Source of the DNA: an uncultured Nitrososphaerales archaeon
GTDB taxonomy: Archaea > Thermoproteota > Nitrososphaeria > Nitrososphaerales > Nitrososphaeraceae
Length of the DNA stretch: 64,000 nt
NCBI GenBank assembly: GCA_963713605.1
Contig: CAVQMO010000001.1
Location: forward strand, 416,001 to 480,000
Direction: 5' to 3'
Of the stretch, positions 42,434 to 53,850 are shown piece by piece. The position numbers and the translations under genes are program-made. The number at the start of each line of letters is the position of its first letter. The first letter of the stretch is position 1. The notes below the pieces were generated by a model. That model ran no database searches. It was not told the origin of the DNA and saw nothing but the letters and a program-made list of their open reading frames with translations.

Positions 42434-43502
42434 TTACTGGTGAGCTAAAATATATCGCATGACGGTCTGGATTGGGTCTTCCATCTTCTCCAAGATGAGC
42501 TTTGCATTCTGTTTTTGCCTGGAGGATCCACCAGGATCTTTGAGAGCCCTTGTAGTAAGTTTTACTAAATCAGTTGGCTTTAATGCTTTTAAAAGCAGAC
42601 CACTTTTTAATAAATACCTCTCTACGTAGAATGAAATAGGAGCTATAGAGATAGCAGGCTTTCCCATGAGACAAGCCTCGGCAGTCATGGTTCCTCCAGC
42701 TCCTATGAATAGGTCACAAGAATTTATTGCAGATGTCCCATCGATAATGTTTCCTACAACGGAAACTTTATCTTGATACCTTTCACTAACCTTTGTCACC
42801 TGATCAGAGTATCGGCAGATAACAACAATGTTCGCCAAATCGTGGATTGATCTGACTAGACTATCAAGAAAAAGGTAACCATTTTTCTTAACCAAATTCT
42901 CAGTCAAGTAAGCGGCCTTTGATTCTTCCAATCTAACTAAAATATTCTTCTTATTTCCGTTCCTATAAACCATATCTGTGGGATGTGAGCTGGGTTGGCC
43001 AACTCTCCGTTTAAGCCACGCCACAGGATCTAATGCCCTATATCTAACGATGTTCGTCTTTGGTAAACCAAACTTATTCCATGCAGAGTAAGGGATTATC
43101 CATGGACAAAATAGTAAATCTGCCAGTGGAGCCGTCAGTCTTTGATACAGCTGTAGCATGCGGAGAATCATTGAAACAATAATGTCTGATTCCTAGTCCA
43201 AAAGACACCCGAGCTCCTTCGGGTGAAGAAAATGTAACTGCCAAATCTGGCTCAAAGGCTTGTACCAATTTGGCTAATTCAAATACACGGGACGCACTTG
43301 CTCTTAACTTGTCGTATTTGCCTTCTCCTCCATGCTTACCAACTATCTTTATCTCAAGATTCTTTATTCTCGCAAGCTCAATTGCTTCCCGGTAATCTCT
43401 AGAGGTACAAAGGACATCGTGGCCACCAATTATGAGAGAGTCAACTAGTGGTTTGAAAAACATAACCTGTTTGGGCGTCAAAATATCAAGCCATACTTTC
43501 AT
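42434..43502 (-). CDS. DUF354 family protein (GT-B / UDP-GlcNAc 2-epimerase-like), frameshift near 43140
   Basis: KVWLDILTPKQV, VGKHGG, FNDSPHA, IGAGGTMTAEA. Confidence 0.85.
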
Positions 43503-43575
43503 GGAATATAGGGTAGAGTACTAATCATGAATAGAAAAGACTTTTCTTTAACTCTTACATAGCAGCGTTATCCTA

Positions 43576-44780
43576 TGTTTGAGGGGAGGCGAATCCAGTT
43601 TGAGTTTAGAAACGTCATCTGAGCCAGTGGTTGTATACGGACTCAGTACCTGAAGGTTACAAAATTGCCTCCGCAATTGCGGTTAGAGGACATAAGGTGT
43701 CCCTGATCGACGAATCCGCACGAATGGCAATAATGCTCAAACCTGAGATAATTAAAACATATCCTACTGTAAGCTCCCTTCTAGAAGACGAACCATTGCT
43801 TGAGCTCCAGCCCGTGGATGTTGCCATCAAAATGGCATCGTATGTATTCTTTTGCCCAAAGGTTCGGAAGACCGGTCAGGATGTAAGGGCTGACATATCA
43901 TCAAAACTAAGAGAAGTCGTAAGGTCCATAGGTCAAGGGACTTCAATTGTGTTTACTCTCCCAACTGGGGTGGGGGGCAACACCGAGAACATTGCATTAA
44001 TTGAGCACTTGACAGGGTTTGTGGTAGGAACAGACATTTATTACTATTACATGCCGATTACATCTCTTTCTGAACTAAGCCAACCAGACCTTCTGGTCGG
44101 ATCATCATCAACTAACAGGAAGGATCCCAATTTGTTGGAACTTATCCAGGATCTGCCCGAGAAAGAGGATTCAAATATTGTTGATATCTATTCAGACTGA
44201 ACTTGCCCACGTTATTAGAATTTTGGAACGTTATACCGGCTTAGCTAGCACCTTAGAGGTATGCAAGCAAACACGTTCGTCAGGATTTCCCTCTCAAGTA
44301 CTTCAGAACAAATATGGCGATTTGTATATCGATGAAATTTCCAATGGATTATATGATCTTCGCATCGTCGCCTCATCCCTTTCAGGAGCAGGTCCTTTGG
44401 CTTATTTGGTGAATGGTACCATAAAAGGAATTGAGGGATACGTTAAGCATTTGATAGACAGACTTCGATTAGTTTTAAAGATGGCTGAACTAAAGGCAAG
44501 TAGGACAAGGGTAATAATTGCTTGGGCCCTTGACCAGAATGAAATGAAAGGAGACAAGATTGAATTATTCTCCACAATGGAGTCGAGATTAAAGGACTAT
44601 ATTGGCGACGTGGAACGAAGACCCGGTACTTCACTAGATATCTATCCAACAGATAAGAACACGGTGGTCATAGCTTGTTCAAAAGATGACTTTGGTGCCG
44701 TTTCGAAAACGAATCGGCATAATCTAGATATGATAATCATGAAGGCAAATCCAGTGTGCGAAGCTATTGTCAATGAGTAG
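43576..44780 (+). CDS. Degenerate nucleotide-sugar dehydrogenase-like protein, several frameshifts, start uncertain
   Basis: VVVYGLSTEGYKIA Rossmann-like start (read across a shift), TLPTGVG, AELAHVI, C-terminal EMKGD...VVIAC layout recalls UDP-sugar dehydrogenases. Confidence 0.55.
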
Positions 44781-45021
44781 AAACACTCTGGTTGGGGTGG
44801 CCAGGCGCATGACCACAGCCATAATTTGTACACGGTTAAATAAGTCTAGTGCAGCAGACAGAATTTGAAAGTTTGGAAGATAAACGACATCAAACCCGTG
44901 TTTGGGATGTAAACTTGTCAATTGGGAGCAAAGAAAAGAAGGACCAGTATCTTGGACACGACCAACCCCAGTATTGGCCATCCAACACATTGGCTGTTCA
45001 TCTTAGCTCTTATCACTTATC

Positions 45022-45396
45022 TCAAGTATTTTTTCGATTTATATGCCAGGGGGCACCATGATCAAGTATCTTGCTAGGTATCTTGGTTTCCCATTCCAGT
45101 AAGAATTGAAGATCTTTTTCCCTTTCTCGAAGTTCATCAGGTAGCATGATAGGGATCTCATCTATTATGGGGAAGAACCTCGAACAACGACTGCAAAAAA
45201 GTACACCCTCCTTGACTATGACGTTATCATACGTGGTATCATTGTCAGTTTGTTCTTCCAGCATTTCTCTATTTTCGCTTTGTTTATCTGAAGAAGATTC
45301 ATTGGCCAGATGTACATTGATTTCAAAAAGCTCAAGAGGGCTATGCTTGTCAATAGGGCAAGCCAAAATTTCAAGTAGTGATTTTCTCATAACCAC
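45022..45396 (-). CDS. Trm112-like methyltransferase activator
   Basis: LLEILACPIDK...EGVLFCSRCSRFFPIIDEIPIMLPDE. Confidence 0.88.
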   Translation of the reverse strand: MVMRKSLLEILACPIDKHSPLELFEINVHLANESSSDKQSENREMLEEQTDNDTTYDNVIVKEGVLFCSRCSRFFPIIDEIPIMLPDELREREKDLQFLLEWETKIPSKILDHGAPWHINRKNT

Positions 45397-46374
45397 CTAC
45401 CTCTCTTTAAAGTCCAAATATATCGGCGAACCAGTATTACTGGATAGTATTGCAGATTCGGCCACTTTGGTTACACGTGTTGCCTCAATCGATGATACAA
45501 GTGTATCAGTGACATTATGAGTTCCGGCTACACCATCAAGGAAAGAGGTTATCTCTACAGACAAAGGTTCTTTGAATTCCCTTCTTGGTATCGTAGTCGC
45601 GTCCATATCATCTATCCTGATTTCTTGACTAATAAAATCCCCAGTTATAATTCCATCAGTGCAGACGGCACTAAACCTTCGCACTCTTTTAGGTGTGATC
45701 CAGTTCGATGCAATAATAGCCACTCTTTGATCTTCGAAACCCAGCATGATAGTGGCAAAGTCTTCGAAGGCATGAAATTTTTTTCCCGTCCGAGCAAAAA
45801 CTACGATCGGTTTACTATTAAAAAGATACATTGCAGTATCTATGTCATGAACTGACGTATCGTAAATTATTCCAACGTCAGTGATGTGCACTGGCATCCT
45901 ATTTTCTCTGTGGAACTCCATCATTAAAGGTTCACCATACTTCTTGCTCTGGATTATCCTTTTGACATCTTGAACGACAGGATTATATCTTTCTATGTAT
46001 CCTGCAGTCAAGATTATTTCCTTATTTCGTGCCAAATCAACAAGATCATTACATTCCTTCGAAGAGAACGATAATGGTTTCTCAACAAAGAGATGTATCC
46101 CCCTATCGATTATTCTACTTGCGAGCTGATAATGACTCCTAGTTGGGGTGCATATGAAGCATGCATCTAGATTTGACTCCTTTTGTAACATTTGATCAAG
46201 TGATGTGTAGCAATTCGCATTGTACTTTTCTGATATCTCGGTGCCACGATTGACATCCATGTCGCAAACAGCTCTTAAAGCTCCGAGATTGTTCAAGACT
46301 CGTGCATGATTTTTTCCCCAGCCTCCCACGCCTATAACAGCTACTTGGAGACCCGCATACTCTGAGGCTACCAT
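45397..46374 (-). CDS. Gfo/Idh/MocA family oxidoreductase
   Basis: VIGVGGWGKNHAR, VEKP, GYIERYNP, DTSVHDID. Confidence 0.92.
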   Translation of the reverse strand: MVASEYAGLQVAVIGVGGWGKNHARVLNNLGALRAVCDMDVNRGTEISEKYNANCYTSLDQMLQKESNLDACFICTPTRSHYQLASRIIDRGIHLFVEKPLSFSSKECNDLVDLARNKEIILTAGYIERYNPVVQDVKRIIQSKKYGEPLMMEFHRENRMPVHITDVGIIYDTSVHDIDTAMYLFNSKPIVVFARTGKKFHAFEDFATIMLGFEDQRVAIIASNWITPKRVRRFSAVCTDGIITGDFISQEIRIDDMDATTIPRREFKEPLSVEITSFLDGVAGTHNVTDTLVSSIEATRVTKVAESAILSSNTGSPIYLDFKER

Positions 46375-47297
46375 ACACTAGTTAGCCAACTCGAAAATCT
46401 AGGTTCTTCTGCCATAACTATCCTGGAGTATGTTTGTCGAATTCGCCTGGTAATTTGTCCTTCCCTGCCTCCACCAACAGGATGTCCATCAACACTTAGG
46501 ATTCCAACTATTTCAGCCGCAGTTCCAGTCAAAAATAGTTCATCGGCCATATAGAGTTCAGTCCTTGAGATGGGCCTTTCAACTATACTATACCCTAAAT
46601 TGGCTGCAATTTCAAAGGCAGTATTTCGTGTAATTCCTTCAAGGGCAGAATTTCCTATGTAAGGTGTATAGATTGAGTGATTTCTCACAAGAAAGATATT
46701 TTCTCCAGGGGCCTCGCTAATGTTACCCTCATGGTCAAGCATAATAGATTCGTCAAATCCATGTCTTTTACTCTCTTGAGTAGCGAGAACAGAATTAAGA
46801 TAGTTGCCAGACGCTTTTGCCATTGGAGGAATAGAGGTATCATTTATCCTTCGCCACGACGATACGCCCGCTTTAATCCCTTCCTCATTAAAGTATCTCG
46901 CAAATGGAAATACAATTATTGCGCAATAGGTTGGAGAATCCAACGTCACATTCAAATCGATGCCGTGTAGGCCGACGAAATTTAGAGGTCTAATGTAACA
47001 TGATTCAAAAATATTGTTCTTTCTCAGTAACTCCACAGTAGCGTCACAAAGTTCCTTGGCTGAGTAATTTACATTGATGCGATATACTTGGGCGGATCGG
47101 TGAAGTCTTTCCATATGCTCAGCAAGTCTGAATACATACAGCCTGTTGTCCTTCGACGAATAAGCACGAATTCCCTCAAAAATTGCAGTTCCATAGTGCA
47201 GTGCGTGTGTAAAGATAGGTACTTTGGCATCTTCCCACTTTACAAATTTTCCGTCCAGCCAAATGAATTCTGCGCCTTTCGTTTTCATCCAACGCAA
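46368..47297 (-). CDS. ilvE: Branched-chain amino acid aminotransferase
   Basis: HALHYGTAIFEGIR, AKASGNY, LEGITR, TGTAAE. Confidence 0.95.
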   Translation of the reverse strand: MRWMKTKGAEFIWLDGKFVKWEDAKVPIFTHALHYGTAIFEGIRAYSSKDNRLYVFRLAEHMERLHRSAQVYRINVNYSAKELCDATVELLRKNNIFESCYIRPLNFVGLHGIDLNVTLDSPTYCAIIVFPFARYFNEEGIKAGVSSWRRINDTSIPPMAKASGNYLNSVLATQESKRHGFDESIMLDHEGNISEAPGENIFLVRNHSIYTPYIGNSALEGITRNTAFEIAANLGYSIVERPISRTELYMADELFLTGTAAEIVGILSVDGHPVGGGREGQITRRIRQTYSRIVMAEEPRFSSWLTSVW

Positions 47298-47324
47298 CGT
47301 CTCCCTGTCTAATATAAATATGTT

Positions 47325-47957
47325 CTATGGAGATAGAAGTCCTTCCTGGGGGAATTTCATCCCGAATAGTCTTACTGTCATATCACCAGCGTCAGCAAAC
47401 TGTTCGACTGTAGCCCAATTTTTATGGATGATCTCTACTACTTGAGGAGGTACATAGTTATGCCAAGGCTCTCTGCCGTTACTTTCCCTTCCTGGCTGGC
47501 TGCCTGCATCCCGATATAAAAGTTCTCGTACAAACGTACCAGAAATTTCTAACCTCTTACCTAACATAGGTCTTAAACCGTATATTTTCAGCATCCAGGA
47601 TTCCGCTCTATCGCCAGTGTAAGAGAAAAATTCATTTTCAACAATGCTTTCCAAAATCTCCTTTCTCATGGTCCAAGAGGACGGAGAGAGAAGTGGAGGT
47701 AAATATCTCAAAAATGGAGCACGAAACGTATACGCTGAAACTATCTTCACTGAATCCCCAAATAACTCCTCTACCATGGACTTTCTAGTTTCAAAACTGA
47801 AAGGAAAGCTCCTGGTGTTTAATTCTCGCCTTTTGTTCACAAACCTGACTGGAAATAAATATACTTGATAATCCTTACTTAAGCGGGATATTATGTCAGA
47901 ATGTGATTTTGTTACAGGGTTTAGGTGAGCAAGATAAATCGCAGCATTCTTTGCCAA
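47325..47957 (-). CDS. HxGH-superfamily nucleotidyltransferase-like protein
   Basis: YLAHLNPVTKSH, PFSFETRKSM, ISGTFVRE, WHNYVP resemble NMN/phosphopantetheine adenylyltransferases. Confidence 0.7.
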   Translation of the reverse strand: MAKNAAIYLAHLNPVTKSHSDIISRLSKDYQVYLFPVRFVNKRRELNTRSFPFSFETRKSMVEELFGDSVKIVSAYTFRAPFLRYLPPLLSPSSWTMRKEILESIVENEFFSYTGDRAESWMLKIYGLRPMLGKRLEISGTFVRELLYRDAGSQPGRESNGREPWHNYVPPQVVEIIHKNWATVEQFADAGDMTVRLFGMKFPQEGLLSP

Positions 47958-48002
47958 AGTATTCGAGCATGCTGAAAATAAGCAACAAAAATAGCGGAGA
48001 GA

Positions 48003-48323
48003 TTAAGAGGCTCTGTTTACTTCAATCTCTATTGTTGACACGTTTCTAGTTCTCCCGTCCTCCGAGTGTACGGTCTCAGATCCAATTCTTACTTCGCCTA
48101 TTGTATATCCCGCGTTTTCCATTCTCTTTAGAATGATTTGCGATACATCAACTGCTCTTCCTATGCTTAATCCCCTAGCCTTGATGGTTACTTTTGGCTG
48201 GTTAGCCAATTGTATGAGAGTTGAGGTTACATATGCCATTAACGGCTTCTTCCCGATATATATCGCGTCCCTAGGTCCTTCCTTATACACTTGTTGATTC
48301 TGTTGTGGTTGTGTGTCAGACAT
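48003..48323 (-). CDS. albA: DNA/RNA-binding protein Alba
   Basis: IYIGKKPLMAYV, IKARGLSIGRAVDV, RNVSTIEI; start at MSDTQ. Confidence 0.95.
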   Translation of the reverse strand: MSDTQPQQNQQVYKEGPRDAIYIGKKPLMAYVTSTLIQLANQPKVTIKARGLSIGRAVDVSQIILKRMENAGYTIGEVRIGSETVHSEDGRTRNVSTIEIEVNRAS

Positions 48324-48472
48324 CAAATGTGATACACATAAGAGGATATTTAAATCTAGAACTTGCCAAGCAAGTTGGTCACGGTTAAGTCTAGTTTTGT
48401 AGTCAGCGTCGCAGTTCAAGTACTGGTAGGATTGTTATCATTTTTCGTTTCTAGACTTAGTCCTCCAAAATA

Positions 48473-48546
48473 TGGGGTCGGCCGGATTCGAACCGGCGAA
48501 CTCCAGCGCCCGAGGCTGGCATCATACCATGCTAGACAACGACCCC
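48473..48546 (-). tRNA. tRNA-Pro(CGG)
   Basis: GGGGTCG...CCAGC CT CGG GC GCTGG...GCCGG TTCGAAT CCGGC CGACCCC A. Confidence 0.95.
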
Positions 48547-48834
48547 AAAAACCCGGTTAATATGAACTAATTAGGTTTTGATATTTATCTATTGGTCGGG
48601 ATCGTATCTCGCATCATAGTTTTAGGAGTCTGGTCTAGTCTAGACTAAGCTGAGATAGGGAGTCAGCCAGTGATAAATTAAAATCTTCTCCTGAATTCAT
48701 AGAATATCAGTCGATCATTGATCTGTTGGAGAGAATTAATTGATCCTCGACGTGTATCAGTTGGAAGGGATATTAACCTACATAATTCACAAAAACTGAG
48801 CTTCACCAACGAAAAGGGATTTTCTAGGGCGCAA

Positions 48835-48909
48835 CGGATCCGGAGGGCTTCGATCCCTCGATCTGCGGTTCCGAAGACCGCTGCGATATCCTGACTACGC
48901 TACGGACCC
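48835..48909 (-). tRNA. tRNA-Arg(TCG)
   Basis: GGGTCCG...GCGGT CT TCG GA ACCGC...GAGGG ATCGAAG CCCTC CGGATCC G. Confidence 0.93.
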
Positions 48910-49059
48910 TTGTAATGGTTAGTGATCAGAAGGTTAAATAAAAAGTATGAATACTTTCATATTCCGAGCTCGTCGATAGGACGATCATCCGCCATCGAAG
49001 ATAACTCTTTATTGACAAATAACATTTTATTTTGGTCAATTTACAGTTACAATGGTAGC

Positions 49060-50245
49060 TTGAAGGTTTCATTGCGGACCAGCGGTGTGGAATATGCGAT
49101 CAGAGACATTATGCTGCGGGCTAGGGAATATGAAAAGAAAGGCAATGAATTGATCTACCTCAACATAGGAGATCCAGTGAAATTTGGGTTTAAGACACCA
49201 GTCCATATCAAGAAAGCCTTAATCGAAGCCGTGATGAACGACAATAACTACTATGCCGAATCTGAAGGTGTTCTCGAGTTAAGACAGGCGATCGTCGAGA
49301 AGGAACGTTCGAAAGGCTTTTACACAAAAGAAGAGGATGTTTTAGTAACAAATGGTGTTTCAGAGGGCCTTGATATGGTACTTGCATCAATCGTTGACTC
49401 CAACTCCGAAGTCCTGATGCCTGGACCGTATTATCCTCCATATTCTTCGTATACTAGATTCTATGGCGGAATTCCAGTTGAATTTAGAATATTTCCAGAT
49501 GGAACTCCCGATATTGATGATCTTGTTTCGAGGATCACTCCTAGAAGCATAGCCATTTGCATCATAAGTCCAAATAATCCCACTGGAGAGGTGTTTGATG
49601 CGAAGAGCCTTAAGAAGCTGAATTGATGTAGCAGCAGAACATAATCTTTATTTTATTTGTGATGAAATATATGACAAGATTGTCTTCGAAGAGTCATTTA
49701 CTGGTATAGGGAAAGTTGCATCAGACGTTCCGGTAGTGCTACTTAATGGCTTTTCAAAAGCATACTTGATGACTGGTTGGAGATGTGGGTATGTTTGTAT
49801 GAACAGCAATACTGAGAAGCTCAATGAGTTACGAGAAAATCTTCCGAAGCTGGCAAGAGTAAGAATATCTTCCAACCTGCCGGTCCAGATGGCAGCAGTG
49901 GAGGCTTTGCGCGGACCTCAAGATCACATTCGCGTAATGGTTGAACAATTGCGTAGAAGACGTGATTTCATTGTGAAGCGATTGAATGCTATCGAAGGTA
50001 TTTCATGTCCTTCTCCGAGGGGGGCGTTCTATGTATTTCCCAAGCTTGATCTGGCCCCCAGGTGGATGGATGATAAGAGTTTCGTTTTGGATTTCCTAAG
50101 TAAAACCGGTGTTATCAGTGTCTATGGGTCAGGATTTGGCAATGCTTACGGGTCGAATCATTTTAGGCTGGTATATCTTCCGCCCGAAGAGGTGCTTGAC
50201 AAGGCCATGGATAGACTTGAGGGATTTGTGTCCTCTTCTAACTAA
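49060..50245 (+). CDS. Class I/II PLP aminotransferase (alanine aminotransferase-like), frameshift near 49620
   Basis: LNIGDP, PNNPTG, DEIYD, NGFSKAYLMTGWRCG, GAFYVF; TTG start. Confidence 0.92.
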
Positions 50246-50414
50246 ATTGTATGTGCAGTCAAGCCAATTAGCCTGATCGCGTAAAAAAGTTCTTGATGTT
50301 TTTTGTCATTGGATTTCACGCTCACACGATGCTTGTTTACAATCGAACATGCAACTCGAGGGAAATGAAATTTTTTATCTCCCTAGCATTACATTGAAGA
50401 TGAACTTAAAGTTT

Positions 50415-51684
50415 TCAGACCTTTATTACCTCTCCTGCCTCGGGCGCGTGGGCTTTGAAACCGTATTTCTCTTGAATCTCACGAGCGAATTCAGTACATG
50501 ACTTTCCATCACCATGTACAGTAAGGACCTCTGGAGATCCTTTAACTGAATTCAAAATTTCAAACAATTCGGGTCTGCTATTGTGACCAGAAAATTCAAA
50601 TTGCCTAACGGCTGCTTGGCATTTAGTCATTTTACCCTGATAACTTGAAACCCCCTTTTCCAACAACATTCGTCCAGGAGTCCCTTCTCCTTGATATGAT
50701 ACAAGAGCAATTCCATTTTTATCGCTCTTGCACAGCTCCTGCATATAATGCACAGCTCGATCCACCCACCAACATTCCTGCTGGTGAAATGATAACGCAC
50801 GGTTCATTCACAACTCTCTTCCTCCGATTCCAACCTTTTATCCATTCAGCTCGGGTTATAGCCTCCTTGAAGGTATTTGGATCCCTCAAAAATGTTGGAT
50901 GTTTCAGCATTATCTCGTTGGCCTTCAGAGCCATCCCGTCCATGACCACCTTGTGAGGAAAATTGTGTGCTTGTAGAACACACGCAATTTCTTGAGCTCG
51001 TTCTACTGAGAAGGCTGGGATAAAAACTGTCCCCCCATCATGTATGATTCCATTTGCGAAGTCCAAGAGCTCGCGCTCTGATTCTTCTCTTGGGGTCTGG
51101 TCAGACTGAGAGTAAGTACTTTCGATAATCATGAGATCAATTTCACCTATGTTAAGGTCTGCAGGCCTCAACAATTTCGAGCCTCTCGTGTTTATATCAC
51201 CAGTATAAAAAATTCTCTTGTTTTCATGTGATATCGTTATAGTTGCTCCGCCTAAAACATGTCCTGATTCGAATAGACTGATCTGCACACCATCCATAAT
51301 GTATGGTTCACGATAGCGTAATTCTCTAGAATGGTTTTTCATATTCAATACATCCAAATATTCAAAGGGGAGGTAGAATCCTGAAATCTTTATCATATCT
51401 TCTATTAAGAGGTAAGACAGGTCAAAGGTTGGGGCAGTGCCAAGTGCCTGGAGTCCTACAACATCAGATAGAAATAAGGAAGGCACAAAACCAGAATGGT
51501 CCAAGTGCGCATGAGTCAGTATTACTGCATCAATATCTTTTGGCTTCACATGGAGGGGGAAAGCTGGTTCTCGATCTCTTTTAAGGAGAACCCCATAATC
51601 CATTAGGATTTTCTTGTGTCCTACATCAACCAGAAAACCTGATCTTCCTACCTCTTTTGCTGCACCCAGAACTGTTACTTTCAA
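50415..51684 (-). CDS. Metallo-beta-lactamase/beta-CASP ribonuclease, frameshift near 50755
   Basis: LGAAKEVGRS, THAHLDH, GHVLG, TGD, ESTY, FSGH, VHG. Confidence 0.92.
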
Positions 51685-51764
51685 CTGGCTTAGTTTCGGC
51701 AGATAGAATTTTTAAGTCTTTCATTTTGAAAGATACGTTTTGCCAAAAAAAACTTCATGCAAAA

Positions 51765-52626
51765 CTAACTATATCTAATTTCCCAAAGTTTTTCACGCGA
51801 GCCATCACCCAATGTGGATAACTCTTGATGAAATCCAAAACCGCACTCATCTAGGACATCTTCGTAATCATATGTTTCATTCAAGTCAGATCGTTCTTTC
51901 TTGACAGCTATGGCTAAATTACGTCTAATTTTTTCTGAAATGCCCTTATCGCTGCTGTAGATATACCACAGATTGTGAGCACCTCTTAAGCTGGTCAGTC
52001 TTTCTAATCCTTTATTTGAAATTCGTGTGTAGTGCCTATTCATTATCTCTATGTTTACATCTTCCCAAGAAGGAGATCTCCACCATGCTACCAGTTCGAA
52101 GCCGTGGGCCTGGTACTCGGCACTTAAACTCAAGCCTTGGTCCAACGTGGTAACTATTACCTGTGTATGTTTTGAAATTTCGTCGCGGAAGTCTGTGCCT
52201 GGTTCCATCCAGCCTATGAAGACAATATCAAAATCGTGATCCAATCCCCATTTTGGATCCCAGATCTTGATGTACGATGGAACATGCCTCCCCATACAAT
52301 AGAAGATCCTTGGATCTAATTCCATACCTAGCGCGTCTGGGATATAGTTCCTTATCTTCATCAGGAATTCACCGTAGCCACATCCGACGTCCAAATATGA
52401 GGGAGCCTGCGGAAGCTGTCTTTGCAATTGTAACAAGCCGTTTTACATCAATCTTGCGATAGACGAAAAAAGTCCCGCTAAAAAATGGAAAGCTAAATCT
52501 CTCATGGTACGGGGAAACAGCCCGTGATCTGAAATACGATAATGATTGCATCGCATTAAGAATCTGTTCTTCGCTGTAGGGCACGATGAGCACCTCCCGC
52601 AGATTAAAATTATCCAGAGATATCAA
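51765..52626 (-). CDS. Class I SAM-dependent methyltransferase-like protein, frameshift near 52420
   Basis: YLDVGCGYG, GMELD, FDIVFIGWM. Confidence 0.7.
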
Positions 52627-52743
52627 TATTAAGGTTAACTTATTGATCCCAGAACTATACCTTATAGATCGGGAAGACCTAGATAATTTTTAATGTGCAA
52701 CGCAAGATGTTAATAAGGCATTTGAGATTTGCCACCTATCTAC

Positions 52744-53797
52744 ATGGATCTAGAAGAACGTCTCAGTCTAGTTACCCGAGAGCCTACAGAGGAGATCGTA
52801 ACGAAGGATGAACTATCTAAACTATTTCTTAATGTCTCTGTCCCCAAGCATTACATTGGCTTAGAAATTTCAGGATTATTACATCTTGGGAGCCTCATAC
52901 TGACGGGATTCAAGATAAATGACTTTATGAGAGCAGGCGTCGACTGTACCCTCTTTCTGGCCGATTGGCATACATATATCAATAACAAGCTTGGAGGGGA
53001 CTGGGGTAAGATAAACCATCTCTCCGAGTACTGATTCTGAGGCGTTCAAGCTCGTTTGTCCGGGCTTGAATATAGTATTGGGGAGCAAAATGTATCGAGA
53101 AAGAGGTTACGAATATTGGAATGACCTAATCTTATTTGGTAAGCACCTGACGCTTGCGAGGACTATGAGGTCACTCACGATCATGGGAAGGACCAAAAAA
53201 GACAGCCTAGACTTTTCCCAATTGCTTTACCCATCTATGCAGTCGATTGACATACGGTCACTAGGATCAGACATTGTTCACGCAGGAATGGATCAAAGAA
53301 AGATACACATGTTAGCTAGGGAAATCTTTCCGAAATTGGGATGGAAAATTCCTGTTGCGGTTCACCATCATTTACTTCCAGGATTGTCTGAACCTAGCCA
53401 GCCAGAAATACCTGGTTCACCGATTGGGAACAGGAAGCTCGGAAGCAAGATGAGCAAGAGCAACCCAGGTGGTAGCATACTTGTCCATGACGACGTTGAA
53501 ACCATCAACCGCAAGATTGGCTTGGCATACTGTCCTGCCGGGGTTTCTACGAATAATCCAGTACTAGAGTTAGTTCGGTACATTATTTTTCATGATTTTT
53601 CTGAATTCGAAGTAGAAAGGACATCCAAATATGGGGGCACGATATCTTACAACAGTTACTCGCAACTAGAACATGATTTCGAGAACAGTCATCTTCACCC
53701 GGCTGATCTTAAGCGTGCTGTTTCCATCTACTTAAATAAAATAGTAGATCCGGTGAGACAGCACTTCAAGGGACGAGCGCCGAAATTGGACAATTAG
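52744..53797 (+). CDS. tyrS: Tyrosine--tRNA ligase, frameshift near 53033
   Basis: YIGLEISGLLHLG, LADWH, YPSMQSIDI, GMDQRK, KMSKS, LHPADLK. Confidence 0.95.
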
Positions 53798-53850
53798 TCA
53801 TTTCGTCAGTACTGTCAAAAAGTCAACCATCACTACGGTTGGATGTGCAA

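Noticed and set aside
44724..45061. ORFs 44724..44990 (-) and 44849..45061 (+)
   Set aside because: Overlap real genes and have no recognisable motifs.
48547..48834. Integrated element between tRNA-Pro and tRNA-Arg
   Set aside because: Only ~290 bp, with no att duplication or integrase.
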